A stretch of DNA of 64,000 bases, taken from assembly GCA_041484665.1 (NCBI GenBank), contig JBGPIA010000004.1:1-64000 (forward strand), read 5' to 3'. The notes under the pieces were generated by a model, which was given only the letters and a program-made list of their open reading frames with translations, ran no database searches and had not been told where the DNA came from. This DNA is from Candidatus Krumholzibacteriia bacterium. GTDB taxonomy: Bacteria > Krumholzibacteriota > Krumholzibacteriia > JAJRXK01. This document shows, in pieces, positions 1 through 9,014 of the stretch (within the stretch, counting starts at the first letter, position 1; every line of letters begins with the position of its first letter). The position numbers and the translations under genes are program-made.

Positions 1-30
1 ACAGGCCACAGCCGATGCGCCCCGGTACGC

Positions 31-1047
31 TCAGCCCAACAGCTGCTGCAGCAGCCGCCGCGTGAACACCCCGAGCATCTTGCGGCGGTACTTGGGCGTG
101 AAGTGGGTGTTCTTGTGCGGCACGACCTCGGCGGTCACGCGCTCGCCCAGAGCGCGGATCGCCGCATCATCGGGTTTCGTCCCCACCAGCCCCGCACCCA
201 GCTCGTCCAGCAAGAGCGGCGTGGGCGCCACGGCGTTGGCCACCAGATGCAGCTCGGTGATCCGCCCCGCGGCGTCGGTGCGCAGCGCGATGGCCATCGC
301 GGCATCGGGGAAGTCCATGCTGTCGCGGGCGCGCAGCTTCATGTAACCCGCACGCAGCCCCTGGCTGGCCGCCGGCAGCTCGACCGCCACGATCACCTCG
401 TCGGGCCGCTTCGTGTTGCGGCCGATGCCGTCCAGGCGCGCGCCATCGGGCATGCGGTGCGCCCCGTTGCCGTCGCCCGCCGGCGGTACGAAAAAATCGT
501 GCACCGAGATCCTGCGCACGCCCTGCGCACCAGCCAACTCCAGGCGCGCCTGCAACACCATGAGGACCGGCCCCAGGTCGCCCGAGTAGGCGGCATAGCA
601 TACCGAGGTGTTAGGCACGACGCGGCATTCGTGGGTCTCGGCTTTCAGGCAGCTCCCCAGCGCCACCCGAAAGTCCGGCGTCTGGTTGAACCAGTAACAA
701 CGGGTGTCGACCAGCAGATTGCCTCCGACCGTTCCGGTCTGGCGGATGAGCGGAGTGGCGATCTGCGCCACAGCGGCCGCGATCACCGGAAACGCCGTGC
801 ACAAATCGGCGCTCTCCTCCAGCTCCACCAGGCGCGCCCCGGCCCCGATGCGCGTCGCACTGATCCCGCGCAGCTCCGCCACGTGGGTCAGGCTGATCAC
901 GTGGGGCTTGGCGTTGAGGCGGTTCTTGTAATTGCACAAGAGGTCCGTGCCGCCCCCGAGGAAATCGAACTCACGCAGCTCGCGCGTGAGCCCGTGGACC
1001 TCCGCAAGCGTGGTCGGCCGGTGCAGCGTGAAGCTTGGAACCAGCAT
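31..1047 (-). CDS. hcrB: FAD-binding subunit of a xanthine-dehydrogenase-family Mo-enzyme, HcrB-like with [4Fe-4S] insertion
   Basis: GGGTDL and IRQTGTVGGNL FAD motifs; Cys-rich insert DTRCYW...SCLK...ECRV...VCYA as in HcrB/PaoB; follows the large subunit. Confidence 0.8.
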   Translation of the reverse strand: MLVPSFTLHRPTTLAEVHGLTRELREFDFLGGGTDLLCNYKNRLNAKPHVISLTHVAELRGISATRIGAGARLVELEESADLCTAFPVIAAAVAQIATPLIRQTGTVGGNLLVDTRCYWFNQTPDFRVALGSCLKAETHECRVVPNTSVCYAAYSGDLGPVLMVLQARLELAGAQGVRRISVHDFFVPPAGDGNGAHRMPDGARLDGIGRNTKRPDEVIVAVELPAASQGLRAGYMKLRARDSMDFPDAAMAIALRTDAAGRITELHLVANAVAPTPLLLDELGAGLVGTKPDDAAIRALGERVTAEVVPHKNTHFTPKYRRKMLGVFTRRLLQQLLG

Positions 1048-1062
1048 CCTTGGAGTTCTTCC

Positions 1063-3417
1063 TCAGGGCTGCGGGCGATGCGGCGCCGCCGGCACGGAGG
1101 CCATCGACTCGGCGCGCCGCTGCGCGCGCTCCTTCGCCTCGATGGCGTCCAGCACGCGCTCGGGCGTGAACGGCAGCCTGTAGAGTCGTACCCCCACCGC
1201 ATCGTAGATGGCATTGCCCACCGCCGGGATCACCGGCGAGAGCGCCCCCTCGCCGCACTCCTTGGCGCCGTAGGGGCCTTCGGGATCATTGCTCTCGATG
1301 ATGATGGCCTCGATCTCGGGCGTGTCCACGGCGGTGGGCACCTTGTAATCGAGGAAATTGGCGTTCATGAGGAGGTTGTCCTTGCGGTAGCGCATCTCCT
1401 CCATGAGCGCCTGCCCCAGCCCCATGTGGCAGCTGCCCTCGATCTGCCCCTCGACCGCCAGCGGGTTGAGCGCGAAGCCGCAGTCGTGCGCGGCCCACAC
1501 CTTCACCACGCGCACGAAGCCGGTCTCCGGGTCGACCTTCACCTCGGCGATGAAGGCGCTGAAGCTGTAGGTGGGCGACAGTCCGGCGGCAGCGCCCTTG
1601 AAATCGCCGCCCAGCCGGGGAGACGTGTACCAGCCCTTGGCAATCAGCGCGCCGTTGTCGGCCATCGCCTGCTCGAGGGCGGCGAAGTACGGCACCTGCA
1701 CGGCGGGCTCGCTGCGACTGACCAGCGCGCAATCGCGGAAGTCGAACTCGGCGCGCGGACGGCCGGCGATCTGGCGGGCCGCCTGCGTGAGCTTCTCGCG
1801 CAGCACGCCGGCGGCGTCCCGGGCGGCATTGCCCAGCATGAACGTGACGCGGCTGCTGTAACTGCCCACATCCAGCGGGGCCAGGTCGGTGTCGGTGGTC
1901 CGGACCCGGATCATATTGATGGGCAGCCCCAGCTCCTCGGCCACCACCTGGGCCAGCACGGTGTCGGAGCCCTGCCCGATCTCGGCGGCCATGCTGTGGG
2001 CGGTCACCCCACCGTCCCCGTCAACCTTGAGATGCACGGTGCACTGCGGCGTCTTGGACCAGTGGATGGGGAGGTTGCTCCCCGAGATATAGAATCCGCA
2101 GCCCACGCCCACTCCGTGCCCGTACGCCAGCTTGCCATGGCGCTCGCGCCAGCCACTGCGGCGCATCGCCTCCTCCAGCCCCTGCTGGATGCCATTGCTG
2201 GTGATACGGAACTGGTTGACGGTGCTCGTGTTGGGCGGCAAGAAGCAGCGCAGCCGCAACGCGCACGGATCCTCACCGAGCTTCTCGGCCAGCTCGTCGA
2301 TGAGCGTCTCGATCGCAAAGCGAGTGTTGACGCTGCCGTGGCCACGCATGGCGCCGCTGGGCGGCTTGTTGGTGTACGCGCGCTGCCCGCGGTAGCGGAA
2401 GCTCGGGATGCGGTAGGGACCCTGGCTGAGCACACCATTATAGTAGGTCGTCACCACTCCGAAACTGGCCCACGCGCCGCCGTCGATCAGCACATCCAGG
2501 TCGAGGGCCTCGATCCCATTGCGACGGGAGCCCGCCAGGCGCAGGCGCGTCTGTGTGGGATGCCGCCCGTGGTTGGTGAGGAAGGTCTCCTCGCGGGTCA
2601 TGACCAGTTTGACCGGTTTGCCCGTCTTGCGCGCCAGCAGGCAGGCGATCATCTCGTGCGGGAAAGGATCGCTCTTGCCGCCGAAGGCGCCACCGATCAT
2701 GGTGCGGATGACGCGGATCTGATGCATCGGCAGGTTCAGCACGGCCGCCAGCGCGCGGTGCACGTAGTGGGGCACCTGCGTCGGCGACCATAGCGTCAGC
2801 CGCCCGTCGGCCTCCCAGTGCGCGACCACGCAGTGCGGCTCGGTGAAGGCGTGATTGAGGCCGGGGAAGTCGAACTGCGCCTCGACCACGGCCTCGGCCT
2901 GCGCGAAGGCGCTGGGCACGTCGCCGAAGTGCTGCTCGACACCTTTCATCACATTGGTGCGGCCAACCGTGCGCTCGTGCATCGGGTCGTCGGTCTCGCG
3001 CAGGGCATCCTGGGCGCGCAGGATCGGCGGCAGCAGCTGGTACTCGACCGCGATGCGCAGCGCGGCGAGGTCGGCCGTCTCCTGGTCGTCGGCCGCCACC
3101 GCGGCCACGCAGTCGCCGACGTAGCGCACGCGGTCCACGGCGAGGGCCGTCTCGTCCTGCGTGACGGGCAGCACGCCGAATTTGTTCGGGGCCTCGGTGC
3201 CACGCACGAAGGCGCGCACGCCCGGCATGGCCAGGGCCGCGCTGGGATCGATCGAGACGATCTTCGCGTGGGCGTGGGGGCTGCGCAGGATGCGTGCGTA
3301 GAGCATCCCCGGCAGGTACAAGTCCTCGGGGTACTCACCCTCCCCCGTGACCTTTTTGGCGGCGTCCACCAGGGGGATACGCTTGCCGATGACGCTGAAG
3401 CGCTCGCGCTGGCTCAT
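1063..3417 (-). CDS. hcrA: Molybdopterin-binding large subunit, 4-hydroxybenzoyl-CoA reductase alpha-like
   Basis: LRSPHAHA, TQVPHY, GGAFGGK, AMRGHG, EIGQG, VEGQIEG and KECGE motifs; AMRGHG is the HcrA-type variant. Confidence 0.8.
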   Translation of the reverse strand: MSQRERFSVIGKRIPLVDAAKKVTGEGEYPEDLYLPGMLYARILRSPHAHAKIVSIDPSAALAMPGVRAFVRGTEAPNKFGVLPVTQDETALAVDRVRYVGDCVAAVAADDQETADLAALRIAVEYQLLPPILRAQDALRETDDPMHERTVGRTNVMKGVEQHFGDVPSAFAQAEAVVEAQFDFPGLNHAFTEPHCVVAHWEADGRLTLWSPTQVPHYVHRALAAVLNLPMHQIRVIRTMIGGAFGGKSDPFPHEMIACLLARKTGKPVKLVMTREETFLTNHGRHPTQTRLRLAGSRRNGIEALDLDVLIDGGAWASFGVVTTYYNGVLSQGPYRIPSFRYRGQRAYTNKPPSGAMRGHGSVNTRFAIETLIDELAEKLGEDPCALRLRCFLPPNTSTVNQFRITSNGIQQGLEEAMRRSGWRERHGKLAYGHGVGVGCGFYISGSNLPIHWSKTPQCTVHLKVDGDGGVTAHSMAAEIGQGSDTVLAQVVAEELGLPINMIRVRTTDTDLAPLDVGSYSSRVTFMLGNAARDAAGVLREKLTQAARQIAGRPRAEFDFRDCALVSRSEPAVQVPYFAALEQAMADNGALIAKGWYTSPRLGGDFKGAAAGLSPTYSFSAFIAEVKVDPETGFVRVVKVWAAHDCGFALNPLAVEGQIEGSCHMGLGQALMEEMRYRKDNLLMNANFLDYKVPTAVDTPEIEAIIIESNDPEGPYGAKECGEGALSPVIPAVGNAIYDAVGVRLYRLPFTPERVLDAIEAKERAQRRAESMASVPAAPHRPQP

Positions 3418-4073
3418 GGCCGCTCTTGGTCGCCGGGCCGGGGCGGGCGGGCGTCCGGGCAGCCGCTGTCACGCTCGGCGGGCCGCTCTCCAGCCCGTGG
3501 AGGCGGGTTCCCCTTGAATGCTCCCAGCACTGTCGTGGAGCCGTCGTCGTTGCGCCGGCCGCGCAGCCCGGTACCCGCCGGAGTGGGAATCTCACCCTCG
3601 CCGCGCAGTTGGGCGCCGGCCACGCGGATCGCCTCGACGATCTTCATGTAGCCCGTGCAGCGGCACATGTTGCCACTGATGGCCTCGCGGATCTCCCGGT
3701 CGCTGGGGTCGGGAGTGCGCCGCAGCAGGGCCACCGACGTCAAGATGAACCCCGGCGTGCAGAAGCCGCACTGGCTGCCGCCGGCGGTCATGAACGCCTC
3801 CTGCACCGGGTGGAGACGCTCGGGACCGTGGAGACCTTCGATGGTGGTGAGCGCGCGCCCCTCGACCTCCGCCGCCAGCGTGAGGCAGCCCAGCCAGGGC
3901 CTGCCATCCACGAGTACGGTGCAGCAGCCGCAGGTGCCCATGTCGCAGCCGCGGTGCGATCCCGTCAGGCCCAGCTCGTCGCGCACCACGTCCAATACGG
4001 TCGCGGCCGGCCGGATCGCGACCTGGTGCTCCACGCCGTTGACGCGCAATCGCACGAGGATTTTGGCGCTCAT
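3414..4073 (-). CDS. hcrC: 2x[2Fe-2S] small subunit (HcrC/CoxS-like)
   Basis: GCDMGTCGCC, QCGFCTPG and NMCRCTGY motifs; start taken at MSAKILV; stop overlaps the hcrA start. Confidence 0.85.
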   Translation of the reverse strand: MSAKILVRLRVNGVEHQVAIRPAATVLDVVRDELGLTGSHRGCDMGTCGCCTVLVDGRPWLGCLTLAAEVEGRALTTIEGLHGPERLHPVQEAFMTAGGSQCGFCTPGFILTSVALLRRTPDPSDREIREAISGNMCRCTGYMKIVEAIRVAGAQLRGEGEIPTPAGTGLRGRRNDDGSTTVLGAFKGNPPPRAGERPAERDSGCPDARPPRPGDQERP

Positions 4074-4348
4074 CTTATTAACGGGCTCCCGGAAACCACG
4101 CTTGAGACGCCGGCGCACCGCGCTGGCTGCGGCGGCGGCCCGCGGGCCGGCCGCAGGCGGCCGCAGGCGGCCGCGACCGCCGTCGGCTACGGCGGCCTCG
4201 ATCGGTTGTTTAACGTACCAACTATACGGCAGCTCGGCCACGAGCGACCAGCGCGGCCGGGCGGCCCGACCCCCTTGCGTCGGCGGCTTTCCGCGCTTTG
4301 CCTTCACCCCGTCGCTGTTGCGTCGAACCCCATCCCCGGAGGTCGGTC

Positions 4349-4852
4349 GTGGGCCGCAGACTCGTCTCGCGCAGGGATATCGCTATCGACGTCTTCGAGG
4401 CCGACAGCGGGCGCGTGGAGGTGGTGAGCCGGCTGTTGGATCCCTATCACCTGATCCGTCTCGACTTGGAGGTCGATCCCCACACGCGTACGATCGTGCG
4501 CAGCGAGGCGGAGCTGGCCAACTACCCCCACACCCTCTGCCCCGCGGTGGCGCAACGTGCCAACGCGCTCGAAGGCCTGGTGATCGGCAAGGGGGTCCTG
4601 CGCGAGATCGCCCGGCGCGTCGGTGGCGGAACTGGCTGCGTCCACCTGCGCGAGCTGGCGGTGGAGGCTGTCAACTTCACGGCGACCTGCCTGATCGGCG
4701 TCCAGGATGGCTACGGGCTGATGTCGCAGCGATTCAACCGGCTTGATGAGGCCAGCCGCTACACAGTCGCCCGCGAGCAGCTGGCCGGCACCTGCACGGT
4801 GTACCGCGGCGGCGAGCGGCCCGGTGAGCCGCCGCCGCGCGAGGACCCCTGA
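4349..4852 (+). CDS. DUF2889-like protein
   Basis: H-x-I-x-L, YP..LCP..., LEGLVIG.G and GG.TGCVHL.EL pattern; GGAGG upstream of GTG. Confidence 0.65.
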   Translation: MGRRLVSRRDIAIDVFEADSGRVEVVSRLLDPYHLIRLDLEVDPHTRTIVRSEAELANYPHTLCPAVAQRANALEGLVIGKGVLREIARRVGGGTGCVHLRELAVEAVNFTATCLIGVQDGYGLMSQRFNRLDEASRYTVAREQLAGTCTVYRGGERPGEPPPREDP

Positions 4853-4853
4853 G

Positions 4854-5243
4854 ATGGCCGTGCGCTGGTGCGCGGTGGCCTCGAGCGCGGAGGTCGGCGG
4901 CGAGCATCCCACCGCCTGCGCGGCGGAGAGCGTCCTGCTGGCTCTCCTGCGCATCGACGGGCGGATCTACGCGGTCGAGGACCGCTGCCCGCACATGGCC
5001 TTTCCCCTGAGCCAGGGCCTTTGCCGCGACGGTCGCCTGGTCTGCGCGTGGCACCACTGGGAGTTCAACCTGCGCGAGGATCAGCGCTTCCTGAACCCGG
5101 AGGCGCGCTGCGCCACCTATCCGGCCGTCGAGCGCGACGGGCAGGTGCTGGTCGGGATCGATCGCGATGCATTGCCGCCCGCCCCCGGTGGCTTCCCGCG
5201 TCCGGGCATCGACGCGCCCACGGGACCGTCGGCGCCCGATTAG
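4854..5243 (+). CDS. Rieske [2Fe-2S] ferredoxin
   Basis: DRCPH...VCAWHHWEF Rieske ligands; starts 1 nt after the upstream stop. Confidence 0.85.
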   Translation: MAVRWCAVASSAEVGGEHPTACAAESVLLALLRIDGRIYAVEDRCPHMAFPLSQGLCRDGRLVCAWHHWEFNLREDQRFLNPEARCATYPAVERDGQVLVGIDRDALPPAPGGFPRPGIDAPTGPSAPD

Positions 5244-5839
5244 CCTGCGCCCGGGCGGCCCGGCGCCGGCGGGCCGGACGTGGTCGCGGGCAGCGTGGGC
5301 GGCGCGGACGGCGCGGACGCGGATGGTGTGGATGACGTCGACCCGAGAAGCGCCGACGGTACACGCGGCGTCAGCTCAGGCGCTGCGCCCGCTGTGACTC
5401 CGGCCGGATCCACCAGCGTCAGACGCAGGGTCAACAGTGCCATCCCATAGGGCCGCGCTTCCCAGCGCGCGAGCCGTGCACCCAGCCGCTGCTGCAGAGT
5501 CTCGAGCACCGACGAGGGGAGGCTGCGGCAGGCCAGGCTCACCTCCGCGTGGTGTGGCGCCAGCTCCTCCGGCTCAACCCCGTCGGGCTGCAGCAGCGCG
5601 AGGGCCTCACCCAGGGTGACCGTGATCGCCGGACCGATGCTCGCCGGGCGTGGGTGCGGATGGAGACGGTGGCGCGCGATCCAGAAGGCCTCCCCTCCAG
5701 GGAGGAAGAGCACGCGAACGTCGTTGCGGCGCAGTTGGACCACCACGCCGAGCTGCCCCTCCCGGTGCAGCTGCGCGGCGAGCTGCGGGTCATGGACGAT
5801 CACCAGATCGCCCAGCGTGGGGCGGTACTCCAGCGACAT
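5240..5839 (-). CDS. Hypothetical protein
   Basis: Protein-like composition; GGAG-type RBS region upstream; SH3/KOW-like N-terminal pattern (GDLV...GVVV...VRVLF). Confidence 0.5.
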   Translation of the reverse strand: MSLEYRPTLGDLVIVHDPQLAAQLHREGQLGVVVQLRRNDVRVLFLPGGEAFWIARHRLHPHPRPASIGPAITVTLGEALALLQPDGVEPEELAPHHAEVSLACRSLPSSVLETLQQRLGARLARWEARPYGMALLTLRLTLVDPAGVTAGAAPELTPRVPSALLGSTSSTPSASAPSAPPTLPATTSGPPAPGRPGAG

Positions 5840-5960
5840 GGCTGCCGGAGGGTAGCGCACGCGACCGGCAGTGCAAAGGCGCGAGCGCGCGCGACGAAGG
5901 GGCGAGCCGCCGGCCCGCCCCTTCGCCCACCACGCTCTCGCTGGCTGCGGACGATCGCGC

Positions 5961-7082
5961 TCAGAGCGCAGTCGGTTGGTCGCAGCTCTGCGACCAGCGG
6001 CCCTCGAAGAAGCCGCCGTTGAAGTCCGTGCCCTCGCTCAGGCGTGACTTGAAGCGGCCCTGCAGAACGCCCTCGATGGTGCCGGCGCGGTTGACCCACC
6101 GCCCTTCGTAGGTCCCGGTGCCGTCGGCGTTGGGCGCGTAGGTGCCCTGCACCAGCCCGCGGATGGCACCCGCGAATCCGATCAGCTTGCCGGCGAAGAT
6201 GTGCTCGCCTGAGTCATTGACGCCGAAGCGGCCCATCAGGAAGCCGCGCACGCGCCCGCCCTCGCTCAGCCACAGCCCACGGAAGACCCCGCCATTGCCC
6301 TGGGGCAGCAGCATCCAATGGCCCGCCATGAAGCCCGACGGGCAGGCCACCGGCTCGCGCGCGAAAGCGGTGAAGTTCACGCCGTTGCCCAGCTGGTCCA
6401 GCATCACGGTCTCGTCGAGTCCGTCGAGCTGGGCGATTTCGAAGCTCTTCGTGAGCTGCGGGGTCTGGAAGGTCACCGTGCCGTGCACGGCCCCGGTGCT
6501 GTCGGGCTTGCTCAGGAGGCAGACCAGAATGCCGTCGACGTGGCGCCTCGTATGGCTCACCCAGTCGACCTCCTGGCGGCTGGTGCGCGGCAGCAGGTGA
6601 TCGCCCTGCAGGCGGCGGTCGAACAGGATCGTGTGCTTGACCACGATGGCGCCCTGGCTCACGCGCAGGCTCCCGGTCCAGTCGAGGCCGCCGACTTCGG
6701 CAGCGCTGGAGTCCGGAGGGCCGTCGAGCATGCCCCACACCACGCGCAGGTAGGTGCGCCGCAGGCGCGGAGCGCCCACCAGCTCACCCACCGTCGGATC
6801 GCTGCTCGCCAGCTGCGCCTCGTCGTCCTCGCCGAGGGCGGCGGATTCCTGGATGGACGCCTCGGTCGAGAGCGCCGGGTCGCCAAACGCGGGCGCCTCG
6901 CTCGTATAGGCGAGACCGCCGTAGGGTTGATTGAGGTTCGTCTGCGCCAGGCTGTTCCCGGTCGCAACGCCACTCGTATCGGTGGCCGCCGGGTTGTCAC
7001 TGCAACCTGCCAAGAGCGAGATGAACGCCCACGCGGTGGCCGCGGCCGCCGGCGCTGCGAGTCTCGAGGTGCTCCTGCTCAT
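5961..7082 (-). CDS. Lipoprotein with repeated G-x-F/L-x-G-x-W/F beta motifs
   Basis: GGAGGAG RBS; lipobox LAGC after a hydrophobic stretch. Confidence 0.75.
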   Translation of the reverse strand: MSRSTSRLAAPAAAATAWAFISLLAGCSDNPAATDTSGVATGNSLAQTNLNQPYGGLAYTSEAPAFGDPALSTEASIQESAALGEDDEAQLASSDPTVGELVGAPRLRRTYLRVVWGMLDGPPDSSAAEVGGLDWTGSLRVSQGAIVVKHTILFDRRLQGDHLLPRTSRQEVDWVSHTRRHVDGILVCLLSKPDSTGAVHGTVTFQTPQLTKSFEIAQLDGLDETVMLDQLGNGVNFTAFAREPVACPSGFMAGHWMLLPQGNGGVFRGLWLSEGGRVRGFLMGRFGVNDSGEHIFAGKLIGFAGAIRGLVQGTYAPNADGTGTYEGRWVNRAGTIEGVLQGRFKSRLSEGTDFNGGFFEGRWSQSCDQPTAL

Positions 7083-7152
7083 GTCCGTCTCCTCCGGATG
7101 TGGCCGGGATCGGTCGCCCGGCGGGTGCATTCCAGCTCGTGCCTGCTCGCAG

Positions 7153-7168
7153 TGCAAGCGCGAGGCCG
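7153..7168 (-). promoter_or_regulatory. Possible sigma54 -24/-12 promoter of the lipoprotein gene
   Basis: Minus strand CGGCCTCGCGCTTGCA = GG-N10-GC. Confidence 0.4.
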
Positions 7169-7436
7169 ACCTGCATTTCCAATAGCAAGTGCTTGACAGT
7201 TTTGCAGTTGCGGTGAGTATAGCTCCCAGTGCCCCCGACCGGTTCTGTACGCGGTCGTACAGCGTGCCGTCCCAGGGACGGCGGCATGGACCGTGCAGCG
7301 TCATGTACGGCTGCAGGACCAGCGCGCGCGTCGGCCGCCACGGACGGATGGATGTGTCCATGCGTCGCCCGTGCGGCCTACCCGCTCCCCGGCGGCCTGG
7401 TCCAGACTTCAGCGTGGAGAGGAAAGGAGAGCAGCG

Positions 7437-7988
7437 GTGAAGCGATTCTTGTCGATTGCGGCGGTCGCCGTGGTCCTGTGCCTGGTGGCCACTCCGCCCG
7501 TCATGGCGGGGCCCATGGGGCTCGCCAAGCTCGGTGTGGGTGCCTACGGCGTGACGGCCTTTCCCGTCGTCCAGGATGACGCGGGGACGGGCACGCTTCT
7601 GGGAGCGCGCGTGCGCCTCGGATTAGTCCCCATCCTGATGCTCGAGGGGTCGTATACGAAGTTCAATCTCGGGGACAAGGACGTGAGCGGCACGAACATC
7701 ACGCTCCAGGCGCCCGAGGAGTCCACGTGGTCGATCAACGCGATGCTGCGCAGCAGCGGCGTTGGATTCTCCATGTATCTCACCGGCGGCATCGGCACCA
7801 CGAAGCTGAAGGTGCCTCAGGCCGGCGACGAGAGCAAAGCCACCTACAACGTCGGAATCGGCGCCGAGATCGGGCTGGGGCCCGTCTCGTTGGATCTCAG
7901 CCCGCGCCTGTACATCATCAACAACGCCGACGGCGCCTCGCGGAAGAACCTCGCGGGGCTGGCCGGGCTCACGTACTACTTCTTCTAG
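7437..7988 (+). CDS. Outer-membrane beta-barrel protein (small 8-stranded type)
   Basis: AAGGAG RBS, signal peptide, alternating amphipathic strands, C-terminal aromatic TYYFF. Confidence 0.75.
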   Translation: MKRFLSIAAVAVVLCLVATPPVMAGPMGLAKLGVGAYGVTAFPVVQDDAGTGTLLGARVRLGLVPILMLEGSYTKFNLGDKDVSGTNITLQAPEESTWSINAMLRSSGVGFSMYLTGGIGTTKLKVPQAGDESKATYNVGIGAEIGLGPVSLDLSPRLYIINNADGASRKNLAGLAGLTYYFF

Positions 7989-8021
7989 GCCTTGGCGCGC
8001 CAAGCAGAAAGGATGGATGCG

Positions 8022-8558
8022 ATGCGCAGGATCTTCGCTGCAGCCGCGGCCGTGGCCTTGACGCTCGTGGCCGCCGGGTGCCCGCTGGTCTCGGGCACCA
8101 AGGTCTTCACCTACACCGTGGGGAACATCGACCTCGCTCCCGGAGTCGGGTTCAACCACACTACGATCGACCTTTCGAACAACGGGGTCTTCAACGACCA
8201 CAAGGCCGATATCAAGTTGATCGACCGCGTCGGCTTCGAGTGCGGGCTGGTCAACAACACGTCCACAGCGCAGACGGTTTCCGTCTACTTCAGCACCAAG
8301 TCCAACCTGACGGCGGGCGAGGTGCCGGCGCAGGCGACGGTGCTGTTCAAGGACGTGTCGGTTCCGGCCTCGGCCTCGGGCACCACTCCCGACCGGACGA
8401 TCGCCTACGACGAGTCGCTGACTCTGCTGCAGAACTTCACGGCTTTCTCCAAGGCGGTCGAGAGCGGGAACTTCACGTTCTACGTGCTGAGCGGCGGAGG
8501 CGTGGACGTCGACATCTCCGGTCTTGTCCTGATCGTGACCTTCACCGTGGGTCTCTAG
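8022..8558 (+). CDS. Lipoprotein, unknown function
   Basis: Lipobox AAGC; beta-rich mature part. Confidence 0.7.
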   Translation: MRRIFAAAAAVALTLVAAGCPLVSGTKVFTYTVGNIDLAPGVGFNHTTIDLSNNGVFNDHKADIKLIDRVGFECGLVNNTSTAQTVSVYFSTKSNLTAGEVPAQATVLFKDVSVPASASGTTPDRTIAYDESLTLLQNFTAFSKAVESGNFTFYVLSGGGVDVDISGLVLIVTFTVGL

Positions 8559-8733
8559 GGGTCCGGGGCTGAGTCGGACGTCCCCGAGCGGCTCGCCCCG
8601 CTCTGACATTCCCTCCGCGCCGCCCGGGGATCTCTGCCCTGGGCGGTCGCGTTTGGGCAAGGCACTGCGACGCCTTCCGATAGGCCCGCGCCCGCCCCAG
8701 CCAGGCCCGGCACTACCCAGCGCCGGCCCCGGC

Positions 8734-8765
8734 CCACAGCCGGCCACAGCCGGCCACAGCCGGCC
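8734..8765. repeat. Tandem 10-bp repeat CCACAGCCGG x3
   Basis: Directly visible in the intergenic region. Confidence 0.8.
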
Positions 8766-8872
8766 GTGGCCGCGGCGCCAGACAGCCGCCGTCGGGCGTG
8801 GCGCCCGGCGGTGGCGGGTGGGCCACACAGCGATTCCTCGGCGGGTGCCCCCGGGCCGGACGGCCGCCGTCC

Positions 8873-8901
8873 TTGACCGCCCCGCTTCGCCCCGGCACAA
8901 T
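8873..8901 (+). promoter_or_regulatory. sigma70-type promoter candidate for the M1 peptidase
   Basis: TTGACC-N17-CACAAT. Confidence 0.45.
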
Positions 8902-9014
8902 AGAATGTGGACGGCCCCTCGACACACCGTGTACCGCGTCGTACCGCGTACCGCGCAGGTTTGCCTCTGAGGACGCTGCATGACCCCTTGAGTATGGAGA
9001 GGCCGGGCTTCCCA

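Noticed and set aside
103..2793. Very long antisense ORFs (also 7623-11186, 31154-33355, 37555-40938, 44432-46987)
   Set aside because: Shadow frames of well-supported opposite-strand genes in high-GC DNA, with no motifs
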